From NCBI GenBank assembly GCA_965649825.1, contig OZ287695.1, forward strand, positions 1,221,081 to 1,285,080: a DNA stretch of 64,000 nt, in the 5' to 3' direction. The DNA comes from Penicillus capitatus. Its lineage: Eukaryota > Plantae > Chlorophyta. Below are positions 36,900 to 48,580 of this stretch, piece by piece. Within the stretch, counting starts at the first letter, position 1; each line of letters begins with the position of its first letter. The translations under genes were made by a program, and so were the position numbers. A model generated the notes under the pieces. The model worked only from the letters and a program-made list of their open reading frames with translations. It had not been told where the DNA came from and did not search any database.

Positions 36900-37887
36900 C
36901 TACTCCTTGTCTGCTTTGACAGCTCCTCGGAGGCGTCCCGTGCGCCGTGCGGCAATGAGACCGACTTTCTGACCAGCTGGAGCATCACGACGTACCGTCG
37001 ATGGATGGCCAATGTGTTGATGATTGCCGCCGCCGTGCGGATGCTCAACGGGATTCATGGCAACACCACGTACCTTCGGCCATCGATTCTTCTTCGCTTT
37101 GTTTCGGTAGTATGAGTTTCCCGCTTTCAGCAATGGCTTTTCTGTACGGCCTCCACCAGCCACTTGGCCAACCATCCCACGACAACGTGACGAAATGACC
37201 TGCCAGACATGCGTCGATCTTTCGACAGAGATCTGCGGCGATGGGGTGGACCTTTTTGGAACCGGAAGGGAGTTTGATGCGCGTCGTCCCGGCATCCGGA
37301 TTTTGAGCGACGATGATACAGTACTCTCCGGAGGCACGTGCTAACCGTCCTCGATCGCCGATCCTCTACACAGCACGCATCGCTCGTCCGAATAATCGCA
37401 TCGATCTCGATCGGTCACGTTAGACGCTTACCCCTTCGATGTTGTTAGCGATCGTTCCTTCTGGCATGCCTCCAACGGGCATAACATTTCCGATCTGTAA
37501 CACGGCTTTCTTTCCGCAGTAGACAAACTGAAAACAGCTGCCATCCGTCACGTCAAAACTGTAGCCGTACAGACCTGTCCAGTATACATTCCCTCGGTCG
37601 CAATCATCGTCTCTTTCTTCAATCCATTCTTCACAGGATTGCGAAATGTGATCTACAAGGACCAACCAATCAACCAGGCGATTTAGTAGGTTGTTATGAA
37701 TGGAGACCTTTGCAAGTGGAGCTCCGCGTCCCGGGTCATGTAAGATATCCGTAATGAGTCCACGAACGTAGCCCTTTCGCTCGATCGCATCCACAGCCCT
37801 GAGTTTTGCCGGTCCTTTCTTAAGATGCTTATGCGAACGGAAAACGCTTCCGCGTCCTTTGCGCTGTCCGCGAATGCGACGACCCAT
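36900..37887 (-). CDS. RPL8: 60S ribosomal protein L8 (uL2)
   Basis: [21 protein letters not shown] and [25 protein letters not shown], with short introns. Confidence 0.98.
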
Positions 37888-38040
37888 CTATTCACACGAC
37901 GATGATCTGCGATGCATGCAACGCCAGGTGAGATGGCACGAGACGATGCGGCCTTCGGCGGCGACGGCGCTAAAATGAACATACATTAAATCGCACGAAC
38001 ACACCATCTTCACAGAAACGAGACACCTCTGCAGCGCATC

Positions 38041-38919
38041 ATGGTCCGCGTGACGCTCTTATCGCGTTTAGAAGATGGTCTGCCGCTCGCCGAAGGCGTC
38101 GAAACCGACAAGGAACTCGGTGCGGACCTCGAAACGCTGAAGCCTCAGGCCAAAGTTGACCTACAGAATCATCCGTTCAAACTCATGTCTATGGATGCGT
38201 GAAATAGAGGTTGATGAAGAGGCTCTCGGAAGAGAGACAGGATTCCAACCGCCTGAGCATCGATTCCGGAAAATATGCGTTTCATGTGTTGATCGATAAC
38301 AGTGTCTGCTATCTCACTCTTGCTGAAAAGACGTATCCCAAGAAACTGGCATTCCAGTACTTAGAAGAGCTCAACCGCGAATTCTCCCGAATCTACGGTG
38401 CGAATGTGGACAGTGTCACGCGGCCCTATGCCTTCATCAAATTCGGTTTGTCGCTTTTTCTGGAAAAGAGACCAGAATGATGGTATGTGCGATTCTAGAT
38501 ACCTTCATCCAGAAGACAAAGAAACTCTACATCGATTCCCGGACGCAACGGAATCTGACGATGCTGAATCAAGAGCTCTCGGAAGTGCATCAGATCATGA
38601 CAAAGAGTATTCAAGAGGTCTTGGGCCACGGAGAGAAACTCGACAGTAAGAGATTCAGCGCCAGTACACGAACGGCCTCTCAAAGCCATTGCTGTTGCCT
38701 TAGCCATGACGCGCATGTCGACGACCCTGGCAATGGAATCGAAAAAATACGCTGGTCGTGCCAAAGATCTACACACTCAGGCAACACCCGCACCCTCCTC
38801 CCACATGGACAACAGATCCAAGCGGTGTTTTCCAGGCACTGATTCGAAAATACATGCCGATGGCAGTGGTCATTGGCATTGTGCTGTTGGTCTTATACTT
38901 AAGGTCGTGGTTGTTATGA
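38041..38919 (+). CDS. SEC22: Vesicle-trafficking longin R-SNARE SEC22
   Basis: [46 protein letters not shown] and C-terminal [29 protein letters not shown]. One GC-AG intron at 38781-38835. Confidence 0.95.
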
Positions 38920-39000
38920 CAAGGCACCAAGGTCCTCCCCTTTGCTCATGCTGTCGATCGATCTTGTTTAATTCATCTTCCTTCTCACTCTTTTCATTTC

Positions 39001-39398
39001 TCATGTTGCCATTTCCACTTCGTAAGGAGTGATGTCCACCGATTCGAACGTCCCATCTACGTTGGTAGGGGGATCGCGTTGAACAGAGGAGAGCATCATT
39101 TACCGCTGTTGCGATAGGAGAGTGCCAGAACCTCTTCGTTCTTAATTCCATCTTCCACGAGTTTCGTGGCATCTTCCATCACACACCATCCGTCGACTCT
39201 CTGTCTTAGCAACTGCAGTTCCTCGGCCGGCTAAGTCATGAAGCATGTTGTTGACTTGGCAATTTTTTCGTCCGCGACAGGGCGTACTTTGCTCGAGTAC
39301 TCTTCTATTTTCTGTTTGAGTTCCAAAACGGTCTCCGAGGGATGGACTAACAGAAAGTAGGTCGCCTTTTTGCGTTTAATCCGAACGCAGATGTCCAT
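39001..39398 (-). CDS. ELOB: Elongin B-like ubiquitin-fold protein
   Basis: Spliced product MDICVRIKRKKATYF...SETVLELKQKIE..PAEELQL...LALSYRNSDGTFESVDITP matches the Elongin B pattern. Confidence 0.85.
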
Positions 39399-39478
39399 TG
39401 ACGCCCTATAGTGTCGTACATTTTGTGGCGCGACTTTTGTTTCTGTAGCGAAGTCCGAACGGGATCGCCGCACACACC

Positions 39479-42400
39479 ATGTCATCGAAAGTGCGAATCG
39501 AGCAGTTCTGTCGTCGGCTGCTGAGACTCTACGCGACGTGGAAAGTGAGGACAATACTCGAGACAGCAACGATGAACGCTGGTGTCGAAACAGGACCAGC
39601 GAGAAGGTGCCTGGAAGAATGTCACCTCTCTTGCTGTCCTCTACGGTGTCAAACCCGACGCCTTGCTCTACCTCAAATCCATCTCGCTTCAGCTGTGGCT
39701 CTTTGGACTAGAGATTCCTGGTGGGCGCTGTTCATCGCGTGTTTCGCAAAAGTGTGACGTGACGTGTGTCTGTTAGACTCGCTGATTGTTTTCGGAAAAG
39801 AGACCATCCATATTGTCACCAGTCAGAAAAAGAGTGAGAACACTAGATCTTGGTCTTGCTCAAGTTGGAGAAATGTGTGACAGTTGATCAGCTTCAAGAA
39901 GTGGCAGAGACTTGTTTAAGGGAGACCAAGATCAAACTCGAATTTGTGCAGCGTCCCAAGTACTCCGATAATGCGGACTACCTGAACAAAACGCTGGACT
40001 TTATCCGATCTCCAGCCGATTCTTATTGTTTGGGCATCCTGCACAAAGAGAAGCATTCTGGCAAATTGGCTGATGATTGGACATCTGCCCTCAATCAGAT
40101 GCAAGACAAGACTGTTGATGTGAGCTCCGCCGTCGGTGCTCTCTTAGCATGCAAGGAAGACGAAGAGGTGGTGCTGATCAAGAAGGCGGCTTATCTGGCA
40201 TGCCGCGTGTGCGTGGAGTTTGTGGTGAAGAAATTGGAACGCTGTATGGAAGAGAATCTCAACATAAAACACTCTGAACTGTCGAGAGAGATCGAAAAGG
40301 TTGTCGACGACCCACGAAAGAACGGAATCAAATTGCTGCCAGAGAACTGTGACGTTGCTTTCGAACCTCTTTTCCAGAGTGGCGGCAACTACGATATCAA
40401 GCTTGGTATGCCGTCGGATGACAGAACGCTTAAGGAAGGCTGCATCGTGATGCTGCTGGGTGCACGTTATGATTCCTACTGCGCCGCCGTCGGCCGTTGT
40501 TTCTACGTTGATGCTCCGCCGAGAGTCAAGGATGAGTACAATGCCCTCCTGGCTGCAGAAGAGGCTGGTATTCGGGCCATGAAAGCAGGGACACCTCTGA
40601 AGGCTGTGCGAGAAGCGATCGTCCGTTTGCTGAACGAACGAAACATGGGACATCTGGCAGAGAAGCTAAGCAAGTCCGTCGGTTATCTAATGGGTACTGA
40701 GCTGCGCGACAATTACTATAATCTTAACGATAAGAACAAGCGCATCATCAAGCCACGCATGGTCTTTCACATTTCCTTGATGGTGCAAGGACTGGAATGG
40801 GAAAACGAGGAGATGAATAAGCGCCAGCCCTATGTTCTCTTCCTCATGGACACAGTGGCCATTGCAGAGAACGGACAGGAGGTAGAAGTACTGACGGCAT
40901 TATGCAAGAAAGAGTGGTCCGATGTGTCTTACTATAACGAGCGGGATGTCGAAGAGGAAGGCAAAGCCTCTCCACAGCATAACCCTGTCATCCTGGAGCA
41001 CCGTCTGCGTCGAAAAGACGGAAGGTCCGAGGATGAACACCTTAAAGAGAATCACAGGAAGGCTGTCCAGAGCGAACTGGAAGAAGTCAAGAACAAAGAG
41101 ACACTGGAGAGGTTGACAGGAGTGGCCCCTCTCTCGCGTTCCCGCAAAGTCAGAGGACGCAGCATCTTCGATGTGGAATCGTACACGCATATTCGCGACA
41201 TTCCTCCTGGGAAAGCCCGTTTGCCGCTTGTACAGATTGACAGAGAGAGGGAGTGTGTCCTTCTGCCTCTCTTTGGACTGGTCGTTCCGTTTCATGTGAT
41301 GGTGATTCGTAACATTATTAGTCAAACCGATGGCGAACGTGCTTACATCCGAGTCAATTTCAACTTCGGAGGAAGCTATGAGCCCAGTGCACGTCTGCCT
41401 CAGATCGCACTCTTAAAGGAACTCTCTTTCCGGACCACCAATGTACAACACGCCTCACAGGTAAGGCATCATGACTGACTGTCCGCTTTAAACATCGAGG
41501 CGTGTTCTGTGTAGACGGTGCAGGAAGTGAAGGCATTGAGGACTTATGTACTGAATCGCGATAAGGAACGCGCAGAACGGGCTACTTTAGTGACACAGGA
41601 GGAGCTCGTTCGTGGAAAGCGTGCATTCCGTTTGCCCGACATCTGGGTGCGTCCCACTCTTGGCACACAGGGGAGGAAAATGAGTGGAATCTTGGAAGCC
41701 CATCAGAACGGATTTCGCTATTTCACTCCGAAAGGAGCACATCTGGATGTGATGTACAGGTCCGTCAGTGCTTTTCATTCGCGATCGAATTGATATCTGC
41801 ATTGGACTGTCAGGAATATACGTTTTGCTTTCTTTCAACCGGCCTTCAAAGAACTGCTGACCATTTTGCATTTCCAACTGATCGATCCGATCATGGTTGG
41901 CAAGAAAAAGACATCTTACGTGCAATTCTTCACGGAGATCAGCGACGTCGTGCACACCGTTGAAGGTGGTCGCCGTTCTGCATTTGATCCCGATGAGATC
42001 GAGGAAGAAGTCCAAGAGAAGCTCCGTGTTCAAAAGGTCGATCATATCACTTCACTTTGTTTGACAAGACGTTTATGCATTCTTTAGATCAATCACGAAT
42101 TCCAGTTGTTTGCCAAACGTGTTCAGGAGCACTGGTCACGTGAGTTTGCTGAGCTGGAACTGGAATTTGATGTTCCTTTTCGTGAGATGGGCTTTTATGG
42201 AGTACCGCACAAATCTAATGTCTATATGATGCCGACCGTCAAATGCCTGGTGGAATTGACAGAGACGCCACCGACGGTTGTGCCGATCGAAGACGTGGAG
42301 ATCGTCAATCTGGAACGCGTCGGATTCAATCTGAAGAATTTCGACGTGACCATCGTCTTCAAAGACTTCGATCGAGATGTTCTCAGAATCGACACGGTGC

Positions 42401-42879
42401 CATCGAGCTACCTGGATACACTTAAGGAATGGCTGACATCGATGAAGCTAAAGTACTACGAGACCAAAATGAATCTGGCATGGCGACCCATCTTGAAGAA
42501 CATCATGGATGATCCGCAGCATTTCTTCGAGAGCGGTGGATGGAGTTTCCTAGACATGGATGCATCCGATGGCGACACCGATGATGAACAGGAACTCGAT
42601 AGCGAATTTAAGCCTTCAGAGGAATCGGGTGTCGAAGAAGAGTCGATCGAAGAAGGCAGCAGTGGCAGTGCGAGTCTTGTCGATAGTGATGAGACCATCA
42701 ATGAAACGGATGAAGAGGAAGAGGAAGAAGAGGAGCCGGGATTGACTTGGGATGAGCTCGAGGCCAAAGCCAGAAAAGAAGACAAACGATTCGAGCACAG
42801 CGATAGTGACAGCGAGTATCGTGCCAAGAAGAGAAAGGCGAGTTTCCGAGCCAAAGGAATGAAGAAGATGCGAATGTAA
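39479..42879 (+). CDS. SPT16: FACT complex subunit SPT16
   Basis: IEQFCRRLLRLYATW, peptidase-M24-like fold, VPFHVMVIRN, LEAHQNGFRY, VNLERV..LKNFD, WRPILKNIMDDP..FFESGGWSFL and an acidic tail. Confidence 0.97.
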
Positions 42880-42990
42880 CCGTCGGCGCATGATTTCTCC
42901 ATGCATGCAGGCGTGCAAGTATCAATACGACGAACACACGAACATTTTAGCATTCGCTCTGTTTTGCGTTTTCTCGAGAGCAATCGAACG

Positions 42991-43953
42991 ATGGCGAGCA
43001 GTTCGCATACGCATGCGTCGATGTCTACGACGACGGAGATCATAGCCGAAAGCGAAAGGGCGTTTCCGGCAGACGAAGGCTGTCCGTCGGAGGTCGGTGC
43101 TCAACCGTCGGACCCTCCGCCGAAGTATTTCGAAGAGAACGGCCTGCGATTTCGCATTCCGAGTGATGGACGCGATGACTACACACACCGTCGTATGTAT
43201 GACCTCAGTGTTACGCCGCCACAGTACGGCTTCTTCTTTCTGGACCCAATTCGACGTAATTGCTATGGTGAGCCGGATCCCAATCAGGGCCCCCTCCGTT
43301 CCAAAGAGGAAGTGCAGCGAAAGAGGGAGGAGAGACGCAGGAAACGCGAGGCGAAGCGGAAAAGGAGAGATGCCCCGGGTGAACGGATTTATATACCCGA
43401 TATCGAACCGGACGAACAGGGACTCGTGATGGGCTTGCCTTACTCCTACGGTTACCTAATCGATCCACCGCCCACCTTCGATATCAACACCAAACTGCGC
43501 AAACGACGACCACAACGACCGCCGCCACTTGAACCAGAGCTGAATTCAGAACCAGAATACGAGCCCATTCTGTTTGAGAGATCCAGTGATGAGGAAGAGG
43601 ACGATCGGCTCGAGGAAGAGAGGATCGAGAAACAGACGTTTGAGCAATTTCTCCAGGATGATTGGCAGCCCGATAGTGACTTAGCTATGTACCATCCGTA
43701 CATTCAAGATAACTGGCATATCAATATCGATGAAGAGACCTACCGTCAGTGTCTAGCACCATTTGGCAAAGACGATTTTGAAGAAGAATCTCTGCTTGAT
43801 GATGAGGCATCGAAGGAGGAGAGAGGCGTCACGAAAGATATCAAGAAACGTCGCCTCAATGATGGACAGTCCATAGGGAGCAAAGTGTTGTCGATTGCGT
43901 GGAGCATCAGCAAACGCGTCCTGAAATTGTTAACGTCACGAATGTCGAGCTAA
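42991..43953 (+). CDS. Unknown acidic/Pro-rich protein, 320 aa, single exon
   Basis: Long open frame with strongly biased, protein-like composition and a basic NLS-like stretch (KREERRRKREAKRKRR). No recognisable domain. Confidence 0.65.
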   Translation: MASSSHTHASMSTTTEIIAESERAFPADEGCPSEVGAQPSDPPPKYFEENGLRFRIPSDGRDDYTHRRMYDLSVTPPQYGFFFLDPIRRNCYGEPDPNQGPLRSKEEVQRKREERRRKREAKRKRRDAPGERIYIPDIEPDEQGLVMGLPYSYGYLIDPPPTFDINTKLRKRRPQRPPPLEPELNSEPEYEPILFERSSDEEEDDRLEEERIEKQTFEQFLQDDWQPDSDLAMYHPYIQDNWHINIDEETYRQCLAPFGKDDFEEESLLDDEASKEERGVTKDIKKRRLNDGQSIGSKVLSIAWSISKRVLKLLTSRMSS

Positions 43954-44874
43954 AGATGAGGATGGGGATGACTTGGATGTACAGGGAGGGTGGGAGGAAA
44001 GTTCTAGACAGGCATTGCAACGGTGCTAGGGGGATGGCACGATGGTTTGAGATGATCGATCTCGGCCTTAAGTCATCGATCTTGAGGTCTTTTTTGCCGA
44101 CCTGCCTGATCTGCTATCGTTCATGCATGGCCAGGCCTTATGTGCGACCATGATGTGACGTCCAAGTTTTAGCATTTGTCTTTCTCTTTTCAGATATCAT
44201 CGACGTGAATTCGCATAAAGGAGACATGGGACTTGTGAGACACTCTTTTTAACAAAGATCACAGACAGATGCGTCCTTTCTCGCCCATCTCGTGCGATAC
44301 GGACAGTTCTGAGCTGACAGATCCATGCGTCATTGCGGTCATTCCTTTGCCTTTGTGCTGGTGGATGCCATTGTAAGAATCAACCCAACGATACCCGTGT
44401 TGAACAGAAAGAAAATAATGGACTGACGGTTGAAGTTCTAAGCGCAATTGAGATTTCTGACAGTTCTCTGACAGAAAGATCCGCTTCTGATCACCACAGA
44501 GAGAGACGGATACAGTTATGACGACTAAAAAAACGTTGCATTTTAGTGTGTGCTTTAGACAGGATGACGACATCCAATCAGCTCAACGATCAAGTTGCAA
44601 ACTATTCAGATCAGCTAGGATAATTTACGTGACCTCTGGGCCTCATCTGGAAGTGTTGGCCTAAACAGTTGACTAGTATTCGGATAACAAGTCACACAGA
44701 AAGAGCAGCTGTCTCTGTACATGCAGTGACAGAATCAGTGTTAAGAAAGGAAAAACGTGAACAGTAAAGTGGCACATAGTAGACATCATGCAGAGAGAGG
44801 ACATGAACTAAAGGTCGTAGTGCCAGACTGAATTGGATGTATGGATGGATGGTGTGTGATATCCAGGGCTCGTT

Positions 44875-45452
44875 TCATGGCAAATCTCCATGGTACTCTT
44901 CCTCGGGAGGTGGCTGTGGAGGGAGAGGGGGAACGATGTAGTCAGGCCCGGCTGGGTACCATTCTTCGTATCCCGTCCCATTTCTGGGGTGCCACGACCA
45001 ATGACCAGTGAATCGATAGCCATCCCAACGGAAATAGATACCACCCCAAAAGAGATTGCCCTCAGAAAACCAACCGCCAGAAAGCAGTTTTGTGGAGTCC
45101 GAATAAAAAGCGCTGAAGTGATCACTGTACTCGAGCCAGTCGCCTAGAAACGCATTTCGTGCCTGCATTTTTCGAGGCATGATTCAACGGACCTGTATAG
45201 ATGCCATAGCCGTCGAGGCGCAAATTCACGTGTCCTGTCCACGTTGGCTCGCCCATAATATCGACGCCAATATCCCATATACGAACAAGGTAGATTCCTT
45301 GTGGCGGGAGAGAGTCGTACGGAGCTGACCAAGACGAGAATACAATCTGGAGTTTCAACAAGGCGAACAAAATCAACTGAGCGACTGGAAAAGAGAACGG
45401 TCTTTAACAACGGCACCACGGAGCAAAGGTAACCAACACCTGCGCTCTTCAT
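44875..45452 (-). CDS. Secreted Trp-rich beta protein, unknown family, copy B
   Basis: ATG 45452, 13-nt exon 1 and two phase-1 introns. Product MKSAVAQLILFALLKLQIVFSSWSAPYDSLPPQGIYLVRIWD...GDWLEYSDHFSAFY...GYEEWYPAGPDY, a close paralog of copy A. Confidence 0.85.
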
Positions 45453-45849
45453 TTTGTTCGCTCGGTGTGTGTCGTCAAGGCGTGAAGTGGTGCAGCAATG
45501 CGAGAAGAGTCGTTGAGAAGAGCTTATTGAATTTGAAAAGTGCTTAGATGTTCAAAGCCGATCCTCGCACCACAGATAACCGCAGCAGCCAGTCCAATTT
45601 ATCCGACGCTGAATGCGATAGGATAATATCGCGCCGTTCTGCAAACCGTTATGTCCTTTATCTCCGCGTCCGAAGTCGCGGAGCTATTCGTGGACATCAT
45701 GCGGCGCGGATTCACACAACAGAGAGCCCCACAGTACATTCTGCAGCAGACGAATGTCAAGGCACATCTCATATAACAACTCAACAACAGTCTGCATAAC
45801 GTATCCAATCATATCGCCTTCCATGTCATCCAGTCTGGAGACCTGAACG

Positions 45850-46355
45850 ATGGCGTTCTCTCTTCCTCCAAATTTTAAGCCCGGACGCGTAAGCAGTCGC
45901 TGTCGAAGCAGCGATTTGCAACGCGGCTCGACGCTGGCAGTCATTGAAGAAGATTGGCGAAGTAGGTCGATCAGGTTATAGTGTTCGACGTCTTGAGGGA
46001 TGCGGTGGCGACAGGCGATCATTCGTCGCTGTGCGACATCGAGAATCGACTGCGACGCGTTTCTGTTGACGACGGAGATGGGATGGATGGTCCCGTTGAC
46101 GCCGCGGATATGAACGCGTCGCGCGGTAAAGACATTTTGCAAAAGTTAGGCGTTCCATCGAGCGACATTGACCTGATGCTCACGGACCCGGACGCAAAAC
46201 TCGATCCACGATTCCAGCAGTTGAGAAGGGACTTGTCGCATTTTTCGTTAGAGCAGTCATGGATGAAACACTTGTCGGAAGAGGATAGACGGAAAGGAAA
46301 ATCAAAGCTCATGGCTTTGGGCTTGTCATCAAGCGACTGTGAATCGTTGTTGTAA
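45850..46355 (+). CDS. Hypothetical protein (about 140 aa, 2 exons)
   Basis: MAFSLPPNFKPGR, a gtaagc..tag intron, then VDQVIVFDVLRDA...CESLL*. Helical, protein-like composition. Confidence 0.45.
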
Positions 46356-46661
46356 TGACAGAGACGTATGAAACCCACTCACTCTCTGTTGCTGTCTGTC
46401 TGTCCATCCTTAAGAAAACAAGACTTAAAAATCACTCACGCTGAAAATACTGCATATATGCATCAGAAGTGAAATCTGTGGTGGAAGGATTGGTATCGGG
46501 TGTGAGGGAAGGACTGTGAATTCGGTTGTAAAAATGGACATCGACACGATGCGCGTTGTGTGAATGTTGGACAATGGGGAAAGTGACCCATCGGATCGGC
46601 AGTTTTCTTTCTTCAGCTTCTTTGAAACATCGGTCTGCCTCAGATAAGGGGCAACCGTTCT

Positions 46662-47632
46662 CTACTTCAGTGAAAGGGCAAACTCCGTGAGTCGAGTATT
46701 GAAAAGATCCGGATCCGTCAGGTAAGCAGGATGTTCTCCGTTCGTTATGATGAGCTACGAAAACAGACCGTGCACAACGTATGATGCCATCCATATCGTC
46801 GATCACCTACCTGATCGTACTTCTCGAAGTTCCTCTTGAAGATCGGCAAGTTCTTAACGGCCGATGTATCCCGCTCTCCCACGACAGCGAATACCGACAA
46901 CTGCATCAGATTCTGAAGTACTGAGCATAGAAGACCGATCACACTTTTTTTGAGGTCTTGGCAGACGGTGCCAGACTGCCAGTGCTCACTGGAGCCACCG
47001 GGACGTAACCGTCAATCAACTGTCCATGGCTGTTGATGAAAGGAATCGAGAAGTCTCTGCAGCCATACCTTCTCTATACACAAAACAAAAACTGGCGGCC
47101 ATACCCGCTCTTAGATGGCGACACAATGATCTTGACATCTCCCTGTACGTACTCAACGACTTCCTTAACAAAGGCTGCCGTGTTCGAGGTTGTTGCCTCT
47201 TTGCTCTTGCCGTATCCTGCATCACACATGGAACAGAGATCTCACTCTTTTTGACAGCTTGCCTGGGAGATCCAGAGCAAAGGCCAAGATTCCTTGGTCT
47301 GCCAAATGGCTCAGTGTGCCGATGTCTTCCCACGTCTGAGAAGAGAATCTCGCTCCGTGCAGCAATATCACTGTCACATCCGTTTCTACGCACATATGTG
47401 CTTTCTTTCTCATTGGTTTGTCAAACGTCACATCACCATTCTCCACAGGCTTGTACTGTTTGCAGTAGATTTGCTGTCCGTCGACGGTAAAGTACCCGTC
47501 GTTCGGCGTTTCTGTCTCTGGCTGCGCAGACATGATTGGCAAAAAGGCGACGCCGACAAGAGAACGCAAACAAACAAAGGCCGTTATCAATGGTATCAAA
47601 CAGAAATCGATTTCTCGTCGCATTCGCATCAT
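46662..47632 (-). CDS. ABHD14-like alpha/beta hydrolase, copy 1
   Basis: [33 protein letters not shown] nucleophile elbow, [13 protein letters not shown] and GEHPAYL. The start is 47632 (with a hydrophobic leader) or 47533. Confidence 0.85.
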
Positions 47633-47798
47633 CTGTACACTGTCAGAAACGATAGACAATGACACGGCAGTTGAGCTGACATCGTCAACACTTCCCTCAA
47701 ACACATAACAACACGCTAAGCGAGCTGTCGAAAAGACGTCTATTATTTTTGCCTCTCCATGGGGTCGTCCATTCTCTTCTTTCTATTGCAGTCATTAG

Positions 47799-48545
47799 CT
47801 AAAACGTTTGTCTAAGAAACTTGAGCGAAAGGACAAATGCTGAGAGTCTTGTGTTGAACAGTTCTGGATCCGTGAGATAAGCTGGATGTTCACCATTTGG
47901 AACGATCAGCTGAGAAAGAATGCATTCCTTGACATGATGCACAAAGGGGATACGGGAAGGGACCTGGTCAAATCTCTCGAACTGTTTCCCGAAGATCGAG
48001 GACCTCTTCACGCCTTGTGCGTCGTTTTCACCAGCCACAGCTAATACATGCAACTGCAGCAGGTTTTTCGCCAATCCGGAGAGACAGAAATCTCACGCAC
48101 GTTTTTCTGGACGTCATTGGAAGGCGCCAGACGGTTTGTACCAACTGGAGCCACAGGGACATAGCCGTCGATCTCTTCACCGTACTTATTTATGTACGGG
48201 ATTGAGTATCCCCTACATCACCCCCAACAAACTCCAGCCATCGTATTGCCTTTTCTACCCGCTCACAGAGGGCGAGACAATGACCTTAACATCTCCTTCG
48301 ATACCATCCACGACGTCTTTGAGAAAGGCCGCTTTGTCGGATGTCGTGGCCTCTTTGCTTTTACCATATCCTGCTGTCCATTCCAGATCAGACGTTAACG
48401 TTGTCTCGGACCGTGCCTGGGAGATCCAGTGCGAATGCTAAGATGCCCTGGTCGGCCAAGTGGGTCAGTGTTCCGATCTCTTCCCACGTCTGAGACGAGA
48501 AGCTGGCACCATGTAACAGTATCACCGTCACACCCGTCACTGCCC
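47799..48545 (-). CDS. ABHD14-like alpha/beta hydrolase, copy 2 (exon 1 not found; possibly 5'-truncated)
   Basis: VILLHGASFSSQTWEEIG, DLP-GYGKS, VIVSPSVSG, VAGEND and GEHPAYL, with the same intron positions as copy 1. No equivalent of the first exon was found upstream. Confidence 0.7.
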
Positions 48546-48580
48546 CTATCTCTTATGACATGTGGAGAGGGTAGCGCAAG

